Below, in pieces: positions 47,021 through 54,793 of a DNA stretch of 64,000 nucleotides. Source of the stretch: Alphaproteobacteria bacterium (GTDB lineage: Bacteria; Pseudomonadota; Alphaproteobacteria; JAJTHO01; CANGXP01). Each line of letters starts with the position of its first letter. Position 1 is the first letter of the stretch. The notes beneath the pieces are model-generated. The model worked only from the letters and a program-made list of their open reading frames with translations. It ran no database searches and had not been told where the DNA came from. The stretch lies in contig CANGXP010000003.1 of the NCBI GenBank assembly GCA_947457935.1, positions 29,256-93,255 on the forward strand, read 5' to 3'. A program made the translations under genes and the position numbers.

Positions 47021-47074
47021 TGTAAATTTAGTACACCAATCCTCATGAAAATTAACGATTCCGCCGCGGGTCGC
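47021..47074 (+). repeat. Direct repeat copy 1 (duplicate of holA upstream region and first codons)
   Basis: 53/54 identical to 48412-48465. Confidence 0.95.
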
Positions 47075-47120
47075 TGTATTCAAGCTGTAAATTCTATCGT
47101 TTTATAACAAATGATGGCGT

Positions 47121-47184
47121 AGTATAGTTAAGTATAGTTAAGTATAGTTAAGTATAGCGTGTTATAGTATAGTTAGACTATACT
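47121..47184 (+). repeat. AGTATAGTTA tandem repeats plus palindrome, putative operator
   Basis: (AGTATAGTTA)x3 and AGTATAG, then AGTATAGT-TAG-ACTATACT at 47166-47184. Confidence 0.85.
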
Positions 47185-47204
47185 CGTATAAAAAGGATAT
47201 ACTT

Positions 47205-48377
47205 ATGGATCCCGTACGCAATCCCTTTGCTCCTGGTGCTGGCAATCCCCCGCCTGAATTGGCAGGGCGAGACTCTATCTTACACGCAGCAGACATTGCG
47301 TTGCAGCGTATTTTGCTGGGCAGACACAGTAAATCCCAAATTCTCTTGGGTTTACGCGGCGTTGGAAAGACAGTTCTTCTCAGAAAATTGGAAGCAATGG
47401 CGCAAGGGCATGGGTATCAGACCTCATTCATTGAGGCACCTGAGAATAAATCCCTTGTGGAACTCCTCTATCCCAAGATTCATCAAGTGCTTCGTAAGTT
47501 ATCGAGCATTGAAAATGCAAAAATGATGAGTCTTAATGCAATGAGAACACTGCGTTCTTTTGCAAAAACATTCAAAATCTCTATCGAAGATATTTCTATT
47601 TCGGTTGATCCTGAAATAGGGAGTGCTGATAGCGGCATATTAGAATATGATCTCAGCGAGCTTTTTATTCGTGTGGGAGAAACAGCAAAAGCAGCTGGCA
47701 AAGGCTGGTGTCTTTTTATTGATGAAGTACAATATCTTTCCAAAGAAGAGCTATCAGCCCTTATAGTTGGCATTCATCACAGTAATCAGAAAAGCCTTCC
47801 TATTATGTTTTTTGGCGCCGGTTTGCCACAAGTTGCGGCGTTATCGGGAGACGCTAAGTCGTATGCAGAGAGGCTTTTTGATTATCCGCCTGTTGGTGCG
47901 CTTGATGCTGCCGCCGCTGTTGCTGCAATTAAACAACCTATTTTAGAGGAAGAAGAGCGTATTACAGAGGAAGCACTCGTCAGCATCATCGAAAAAACCA
48001 AAGGATACCCCTTTTTCTTACAAGAATGGGGTTTCCAAGTTTGGAATATTGCTGATCAATCGCCCATTAGTCCGCAAGATGTTGAACAAGCCACGCCCAT
48101 TGCCTTAAACAGGCTAGACGATAGTTTTTTTCGTGTACGATTTGAGCGATTAACTCCCAAGGAACGTGACTATGTTTGCGCAATGGCGCGGCTGGGGAAA
48201 GGCCCTTATCGCTCCGCAGATGTTGCTGATATAATGGGAGAAAATATACAGAAACTAGGTTCTTGCCGTTCACAGATTATCAATAAAGGGATGATTTACA
48301 GCCCCTCACACGGAGACATCGCTTTCACTGTTCCGCTGTTTGAGGAGTATTTGATGCGTACGCATGGAATAAAGTAG
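47205..48377 (+). CDS. AAA-family ATP-binding protein with probable C-terminal winged HTH
   Basis: NPFAPGAG..PPELAGR, Walker A GLRGVGKT, Walker B FIDEVQ, GYPFFLQ, C-terminal KGMIYSPSHGDIAFTVPLF. Confidence 0.88.
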   Translation: MDPVRNPFAPGAGNPPPELAGRDSILHAADIALQRILLGRHSKSQILLGLRGVGKTVLLRKLEAMAQGHGYQTSFIEAPENKSLVELLYPKIHQVLRKLSSIENAKMMSLNAMRTLRSFAKTFKISIEDISISVDPEIGSADSGILEYDLSELFIRVGETAKAAGKGWCLFIDEVQYLSKEELSALIVGIHHSNQKSLPIMFFGAGLPQVAALSGDAKSYAERLFDYPPVGALDAAAAVAAIKQPILEEEERITEEALVSIIEKTKGYPFFLQEWGFQVWNIADQSPISPQDVEQATPIALNRLDDSFFRVRFERLTPKERDYVCAMARLGKGPYRSADVADIMGENIQKLGSCRSQIINKGMIYSPSHGDIAFTVPLFEEYLMRTHGIK

Positions 48378-48411
48378 CTTGAGAAGACACTCTTTAACAT
48401 TTACGCTTTTC

Positions 48412-48465
48412 TGTAAATTTAGTACACCAATCCTCATGAAAATTAACGATTCCGCCGCTGGTCGC
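48412..48465 (+). repeat. Direct repeat copy 2, overlapping the holA start
   Basis: Matches 47021-47074. Confidence 0.95.
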
Positions 48466-49443
48466 CATGCCCAAGCCCTGCCAAAAGAGGTGCACTCTGT
48501 GTTGGTGTTTGGCTATGATGAGGCACAAATTCGTAATCGGGTGCAGCAGCTCACGCAACAGGTGTGCGCGGATGTGAACGATGCGTTTGCGGTGGAGACA
48601 TTGACCCCTGCTACGCTGAAAGACAATGAGGCGGCGTTGGCAACAGCGGTGTTGTCGCCCTCGCTGATGGGCGGGAAAAGAGTGGTGCGGGTGTTGGACG
48701 CAACCGATAAGCTTACCGCCACGCTCAAGGATTTACTGCCAAAGTTACCCGATGCCGACTGTTTGCTGATACTTTCTGCGGGAGAGCTGCCGAAAAATTC
48801 CTCTTTAAGACTGCTCTATGAGAATCACGCAACGTATTTGGGCTGGATTTGCTATAAGGAGGAAGGGGCAGCGTTGCAACGGGTGCTGCAAGAAGCACTC
48901 CAAGCAAAAGGGTTGACCTTGCCTGTTCCCGCGCAACAATATCTGCTCAGCGCCATCGACAATGAGCGCGGATTGCTTGCAGCTGAGGTGGAAAAATTGT
49001 TGCTGTATGCCTATCCCAGAACCGCCTTAACCCTAGAGGATGTAATTGCTAGCGTTGCAAGTGTTATGCAGTCTAGCATTGATGCGTTTTGCTTTGCGGT
49101 GCTGGAGAAAAAACGGGGGGCGATTCAGGCAGAATATGACAAGGCGGTTTTTGAAGGGGTGAATGAGATTGTGCTGCTGCGTGCCTTGCAAAATTTTGTC
49201 GGGCGATTGTTGCAGGTGAAAGCCCTGCAGCAAGAGGGGAAAACGCTGGCAATAGCGATGAAAATCTTAAAGCCGCCTGTGTTTTTTAAAGTGGAACAAC
49301 GTTTTGGTAAGTTGGTGCAAGAGTGTTCAGAAGAGCGGCTGAATACGCTTCTAGGGCTGTTTTTAGAGCTAGAAGTGACCGCCAAACGGGGACATGGCAT
49401 TGGCGAATTATTGGTGCAGCGGGCGTTGTTGCGCGGCGCATAG
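48436..49443 (+). CDS. holA: DNA polymerase III delta subunit
   Basis: LVFGYD, SLMGGKRVVRV, LPKNSSLR, CYKEE, EVEKLLLY, PPVFFK; leuS-lptE-holA synteny; start at ATG 48436. Confidence 0.9.
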   Translation: MKINDSAAGRHAQALPKEVHSVLVFGYDEAQIRNRVQQLTQQVCADVNDAFAVETLTPATLKDNEAALATAVLSPSLMGGKRVVRVLDATDKLTATLKDLLPKLPDADCLLILSAGELPKNSSLRLLYENHATYLGWICYKEEGAALQRVLQEALQAKGLTLPVPAQQYLLSAIDNERGLLAAEVEKLLLYAYPRTALTLEDVIASVASVMQSSIDAFCFAVLEKKRGAIQAEYDKAVFEGVNEIVLLRALQNFVGRLLQVKALQQEGKTLAIAMKILKPPVFFKVEQRFGKLVQECSEERLNTLLGLFLELEVTAKRGHGIGELLVQRALLRGA

Positions 49444-49451
49444 AAATGAAG

Positions 49452-49860
49452 AAAATCGACTGAAACGCCCTGAAACTGCGGCTTTCCGCTTGCGCAAAAA
49501 ATAATGCGTTTTGCGTGGGTGTTTTGTAAAAAATACCATTGTAAATCAATGTGTTGTGATTTTATGATTGAGGTGATTATCGGCTAAAACCCGCACAAAT
49601 CAATCGTTTCAAGCCAACTTGAAAAAACGACTTTGAAAAACAGTGTTTGTGTGAAAAATAAAATCGTTATAAATCAATATGTTGCAAGAAAATTTTTGCA
49701 CAAATAATCGGCTGAGAACAAGGAAAAAGGCGGCTTTCAAGTCATCCTGTGTAGTGGATGTTTTTTTGTAAGTATGGCGTGTGAAAATAATATTGTTGCA
49801 TATCAATAAGTTAGTTTGTTTTTGGATGCGCAAAAAATCGGCTGAAACCCGCTATTTTCC
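49452..49860. repeat. Degenerate ~128-bp tandem array with IHF consensus sites
   Basis: ATCG(G/A)CT motif at 49455, 49579, 49707, 49837; WATCAANNNNTTR at 49544, 49672, 49801. Confidence 0.75.
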
Positions 49861-50133
49861 TTGGGTACAGGGCAAGTTTTGGGTGTAAAATTGGAGAAAG
49901 GGGTGTGTGGCGCAAGAAATACTTTTATTTTGTGTAAAAATTATTTGATTCCGTCTTGAGCGGGCGCATGTATTTTTCATACTCAAGGAGTCCGAAACGC
50001 CGTTGGCAGTCCCGTATATTTAATTATGCAATTGTCAATAATTTCGCGCTAATTGCAAGAAGATGGGAAGCTTCCATCCTCTCCCATGTCATCGCAACAC
50101 AGAGTGTTACGAGACACGAGGAGGGTGAGAAGC

Positions 50134-50733
50134 CTAGGGGCAGTTAGGAATTATTTCCTTAACTTCCGCTATAATGACGGGTGGGTTTTTAGTCCCGTCT
50201 AAAGAGCGAACAGTCTGCTCGTAAAAACGACCTTGTAAGTCGAAAAACACGTTGCTAGATGTGTCTTGGGCAGGGAATGCGCCCACATTGCGTGCTCGAG
50301 CAATCGTGAACAGTTCATTCCCATTTTTAGTGGCAAGCGTCACTAAAGAAAGATGGTCTGGCAAAGATTTCACCGAAATGGTCACGGCACCAGACAAGTC
50401 TAGTCTTGCAACAAGAGTGGTTGGGCAAGATTTATATCTTGTACCGTCCACTTTTAGCGCGCGACCAGTATTCGATCCATAGACGGACTTGGGAGTTCCA
50501 AGCCCTTCAAATCGAAACCAAAGAGCTGCTCGTTTTTCTTGAGACCCATCGATAGTGACTTCACCATCGATTATGTTGATACCAACTAATGGCTTGATAG
50601 CCTTGTCTCCAATCGTTCCCGAAATGGGATCGTTTTTAACATCATCTACAGACACGGGTCTGGCAGATACGGCAGGAACGAAAGCAACCAGAGCTAGAGC
50701 AAGAGCAAGATAAAAAAGAGCTTTGATGTTCAT
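50134..50733 (-). CDS. Hypothetical exported protein
   Basis: Signal peptide MNIKALFYLALALALVAFVPAVSA; beta-rich body; no family recognised. Confidence 0.7.
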   Translation of the reverse strand: MNIKALFYLALALALVAFVPAVSARPVSVDDVKNDPISGTIGDKAIKPLVGINIIDGEVTIDGSQEKRAALWFRFEGLGTPKSVYGSNTGRALKVDGTRYKSCPTTLVARLDLSGAVTISVKSLPDHLSLVTLATKNGNELFTIARARNVGAFPAQDTSSNVFFDLQGRFYEQTVRSLDGTKNPPVIIAEVKEIIPNCP

Positions 50734-50764
50734 TGTATTTGACGCGTAGCGAAGTGAGTAATTC

Positions 50765-50793
50765 AACTTAATATATATATATATATTAGTCAA
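50765..50793 (-). promoter_or_regulatory. sigma70-like promoter with (AT)8 spacer
   Basis: Minus strand reads TTGACT-aatatatatatatatat (17 nt)-TAAGTT. Confidence 0.6.
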
Positions 50794-51038
50794 GAATTTA
50801 ATTTATTATTTATGTATGGCTTGCGCGGAACGATGACGCTGCGTGTCTTTGCCTTGTAAAGGATAACCCATAAGCATTGTAAGGGTGGATACCCGACACC
50901 GTGCTTTTGCAAGGCAAATCCCCCAAAAGTAGAGGGATTTGGCAAAATCAGGTTCGAGTATGACACACGCGGAGAGTTGTAAAGACGAGGCGTTGCTTTT
51001 CAAGAAATTAACAGCCGTATTACGGGCTGACGAGCTTA

Positions 51039-51319
51039 CCAGACCCCGTCATGCGACGGGGTGACGGTTATACCACGGACGTCGCCCCGTGCTTGTCACG
51101 GGGTCTGGTTTTTAGATAAACGTGGTGCAGTATAGTGCCAGACCCCGTCATGAAGACGGGGTGACGATTGTATCAATGAAAGTCTATCCAGACCCCGCAC
51201 TTCCCCTCCTTTTAGTCGGGGTAGCGGAGTGACGTTCGGTGGTGATTGAAAGAATTACCAGACCCCGTGACAAGCACGGGGCGACGGACTTTGGTATCGT
51301 CCGTCACCCCATGACAAGC
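51039..51319. repeat. Cluster of REP-like hairpin repeats, family B
   Basis: CCAGACCCCG..CGGGG(T/C)GACG units at 51039, 51080 (reverse), 51138, 51188 (expanded), 51258 and a partial copy at 51301. Confidence 0.9.
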
Positions 51320-51341
51320 GCAGAAAGAACTTTTATCATCC

Positions 51342-54300
51342 CTACTTCCACACCGCGGCAATAATCCCGTCAAGCGCGGCACTCACATTAGTAGGGATAA
51401 CATCAGTTCTTGCAGGCGGCGTTGCGCCAAACGCACTCATGGCAGTAACAAGCTGTTGCACATTACTTGCCGCAAGTGTTTTGCCATCGGCAAGAGTGAA
51501 GGCATCAATACGACTGTTTACATCAGTGTACCAATTTTTCACCACCACAGCGTCGCTCGTTCCCACAATCGAAATTTTTAGGTCTTTATTCGCCTGAGTG
51601 AACCACAATTCTTTTGCATCGGTAACATTGGTGAGTTGTAGGGTATCCGTCGTTGTTAAGGAAGCGTCACTTTTTGTATTGACGATGGTATCTTGGTCAT
51701 AGCCCTTGCCAAAATTATAGGTAACGTCGCCTGCATCACCGTATAATGTGTCGTTTCCTGCACCGCCATCAAGTGTTGTACCGTTGCTAGAAGGCGCAAA
51801 AGGCAAGGTGACAGCGGCGGCGAGAGCAGGCTCTGGAGCAGTTGCAGCGGGTGCAAGTGTTTTCGCACCTACAGTGCTAGGCACATTAAACACGAGTTGA
51901 CTTCTGCCAAACAAGAAATTTACGCCTGTGCGGAGCAACCCGCTTTGGCTGGTGACAACGCCCGTTCTGCCGTTGGTTGTTTCAACACGCGCTGACTTAT
52001 TATCAAGCACTGTGCCGTTGACAGAGACACTACCCACATAAAGATTGCGGTCTTTACCTTTGCCGCCCCATAAATCGTTCGTGAACTCAATTTGAACGCG
52101 GGAAGACGGTTTAATACCGAAATCACCTTTGAGGGTGAATTCTTGCATGTCCGTTTTACCGTAAATGCTATTGACAGCGGTTGCGCCTTGAATTTGCTTG
52201 CCGTCTACCAACACACGGAATTCAGGCTTGCCCTTGTAATGGTCACCAGAGAGTTTGATAACAAGCGTATCAATGCTTGGCAGTGGTGGGGGTGGGGGGG
52301 GTACGCCACCGCCATCGGTAGGGGGCGTGACACTATTTTGTTCGCCGTTGGCATAAAGAGTGTCATTACCGCCGCCGCCATAAAGACTGTTATTGCCCGC
52401 ACCACCTTTAAGAACATCGTTACCGCTGTTGCCGTTATCAAGTGCGAAGCTCAGCGCACCATTTTCATAGAGGCGATATTGCCCCAGTTGTGCGCCAAAA
52501 CGCTTCATGTTATAGACGGCTTCTGTGCCTGCAAGGGGGAGTCCGTTAATAGCAACAGAATCCAGCCACAAGTTTCTGTCTTGGCGGGTTGCGTTGACGT
52601 ATTCATCATTCAAATATTCAACATCTAGTTTGCCCGCTAACACAGGCGTATCAAGGTTGAAGGTGAAGGTTTGCCGCTGTCCTTTGCTGTATTCAGCGGA
52701 GACTGTTTGCACAGCCCCGACTTGCTTGCCGTCTAACAACAAACGGAATTGCGCGTTGCCGTTGATGGTTGCATCGCCAGAGGCTTTAATCGTGATGCTG
52801 CTAATGGGCACACCATCTCCATAAAGGATATCATCGCCTGTGCCGCCATAAAGTTTGTCATCCCCACTGCCGCCCACGAGCGCGTCATTGCCTCTGCCAC
52901 CATAGAGGGTGTCGTTTCCTTGGTCGCCGAAGAGTGTATCATTGTCAGAAAGGGGTTTTGTGGTGGTTGCCGCTTGCTGTTGAAAGAGAGTATCCGCAAT
53001 CGGCAACTCTGTTTTTAGGTCTCCGTAGAGTGTATCATCGCCTTTGCCACCAAGAAGCAAATCATTGCCTAAGCCGCCGATGAGCAAATCATTGCCATCG
53101 CGTCCCGCCAACATATCATCGCCGATTTTCGCATCGAGCAGCTTTTGCTTCTCTGCGGTGGAAAGGGCGGCATTGTTGAGAATGCTGTTGAGTTCTGTCT
53201 CTGTTACAGCATCCCCTGTAAGAGAATCATTGCCTTGCAGCCCGTTGATAACATCGTCCCGTCCTGTGCCTGTAATGGAGAATGCGGTATCAAGGGCGGT
53301 ATGACGGTCTGCAATGGTGTTGTTGGTGTTGGTAAAAGTACCTGCCACGCCATCAAAACTAATAGGGATGCGGGTGCCCAAAATTTGGTTGTCTCGCGCT
53401 ATAACATTGCTGGGTGCAACCACAAAACCGGGGAAAGGGTTAACGCGAATACCATATTCATGTTTGTAGGCGGGGATAAAGTCAGCAGCAATCCCTTCAT
53501 TACCAAGAATAGTATTGCCTTCAATCACCGCGCCATTGGTGCTTTGCACAACAATATAGCCGCTACCATCACCACGCCAGTTTTGATAGCCTTGCACAGT
53601 GTTGTCTTTAATAACAACATCATAGACGGTTTGCGAGGGGTTTGCGAATTTGTTGACGGGGTGGAATTTAATTGCGTCTTTACCAAAATCTTTGACAAAA
53701 TTGTTGTTGATGACAACGTGATTTTGGTCTTCTATTTTAATACCGCCGCCGTTGACGTTTTTAATGGTGTTAAACTCAATAATCGCGCCACTGTGCGGCG
53801 GTTCTAAAGAAGAATCGCCCCCTGTTGCAGTACCTGTAACCAAAATACCTGCAGTGCCCATGGTGGCACGCGTGCCGTTTATGGCGGTGCCTAAGCCTTT
53901 ATCGCCATCGCCGATGATGGTGTTGTGTCCCGCATAAATGTTTTCAGCGCGTTTGAATTCAATCCCGCCATGCTGCCAGCTTGTAAGCGTGTTACCGATA
54001 GCACTGGGATTGTCTGTTTCAATAAACGCCATTGCGTTGCCCACCGTGTTGCTGATGGTGTTGCTGCTGGCTGTAACGGTGTCACTGTTGGTAAAACGAA
54101 TGCCGTGAATATAGGTATATTTTGCGGGTAGATTGGCTTGATTGCCGTCAATGTTGAGACCATTAACGGTCACATTGCGGGCGTTGTTAAAATCAAGCAT
54201 CCCTTCAATAGGGAGCATAGGTTTATAGGTTGTGGCGGCTTTAATGGTCGCACCAAGTCCTGTTACCGTTTGGTTTTGCCAGCCCTCAAAGGTGAGGCGA

Positions 54301-54473
54301 CCGCTAATAGTATAAGTGCCACTGGAGAAATTTAAGCTTAGGTTGTTGGCGGCTGCGTGTTTAATGGCAGCTTGAATGGCTTTGGTATCATCAACAATAC
54401 CATTACCAACAGCACCAAAGGCTTTGACATCAAGAATATTTCCAGCATTGCTGGCAGGCAGAACTGTACTCAT
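51342..54473 (-). CDS. RTX-repeat secreted protein with N-terminal pectate-lyase-like beta-helix and two putative carbohydrate-binding modules
   Basis: DVKAFGAVGNGIVDDTKAIQAAI start, parallel beta-helix repeats, many GGxGxDxLxG nonapeptides, two F.(L/V)L(L/V)DGKQ...NDx...DRNL modules, T1SS-type C-terminus (LWF...DL.I...V.NWY). Confidence 0.88.
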   Translation of the reverse strand: MSTVLPASNAGNILDVKAFGAVGNGIVDDTKAIQAAIKHAAANNLSLNFSSGTYTISGRLTFEGWQNQTVTGLGATIKAATTYKPMLPIEGMLDFNNARNVTVNGLNIDGNQANLPAKYTYIHGIRFTNSDTVTASSNTISNTVGNAMAFIETDNPSAIGNTLTSWQHGGIEFKRAENIYAGHNTIIGDGDKGLGTAINGTRATMGTAGILVTGTATGGDSSLEPPHSGAIIEFNTIKNVNGGGIKIEDQNHVVINNNFVKDFGKDAIKFHPVNKFANPSQTVYDVVIKDNTVQGYQNWRGDGSGYIVVQSTNGAVIEGNTILGNEGIAADFIPAYKHEYGIRVNPFPGFVVAPSNVIARDNQILGTRIPISFDGVAGTFTNTNNTIADRHTALDTAFSITGTGRDDVINGLQGNDSLTGDAVTETELNSILNNAALSTAEKQKLLDAKIGDDMLAGRDGNDLLIGGLGNDLLLGGKGDDTLYGDLKTELPIADTLFQQQAATTTKPLSDNDTLFGDQGNDTLYGGRGNDALVGGSGDDKLYGGTGDDILYGDGVPISSITIKASGDATINGNAQFRLLLDGKQVGAVQTVSAEYSKGQRQTFTFNLDTPVLAGKLDVEYLNDEYVNATRQDRNLWLDSVAINGLPLAGTEAVYNMKRFGAQLGQYRLYENGALSFALDNGNSGNDVLKGGAGNNSLYGGGGNDTLYANGEQNSVTPPTDGGGVPPPPPPLPSIDTLVIKLSGDHYKGKPEFRVLVDGKQIQGATAVNSIYGKTDMQEFTLKGDFGIKPSSRVQIEFTNDLWGGKGKDRNLYVGSVSVNGTVLDNKSARVETTNGRTGVVTSQSGLLRTGVNFLFGRSQLVFNVPSTVGAKTLAPAATAPEPALAAAVTLPFAPSSNGTTLDGGAGNDTLYGDAGDVTYNFGKGYDQDTIVNTKSDASLTTTDTLQLTNVTDAKELWFTQANKDLKISIVGTSDAVVVKNWYTDVNSRIDAFTLADGKTLAASNVQQLVTAMSAFGATPPARTDVIPTNVSAALDGIIAAVWK

Positions 54474-54793
54474 ACAATTACCTCAATATGTTTTTAAATA
54501 AAAAATAAAAAATATTTTGCAAGTTATCTCTGCTATGCAGAAACTCCGAGGGGCGGAGTAAGGGAGAGCAATATTTTGTCTAGCTATATATCTCATTAAA
54601 CAGGATATTTCTTAACAAACAGATAAGGGAAATCACTTCAGGGAGATTTTTTAGAGTTATTATTAATCAAAATCCTCCAACTGAATGCAGAAGATAGGTT
54701 TTCTCTTCCATCGTGCATTTGCTTATTGAGCAGAAAATGAGTCGTGTTAAAAAACACAACTGTAAATCTTTATTTTATTGCGTATAAGACTGT

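Noticed and set aside
49609..49833. 74-aa minus-strand ORF within the IHF array
   Set aside because: Low-complexity translation with no RBS or motif; the 128-130 bp period is not consistently a multiple of three.
50806..51003. 65-aa ORF and a GGCAAA-containing hairpin resembling a c-di-GMP-I riboswitch
   Set aside because: No recognisable protein motif; the hairpin lacks the GNRA loop and second stem, and on the plus strand it has no downstream gene.
51039..51319. Possible CRISPR array
   Set aside because: Units vary in length and loop sequence, one is inverted, spacers are irregular (13-29 bp) and no cas genes are present; REP-like repeats fit better.
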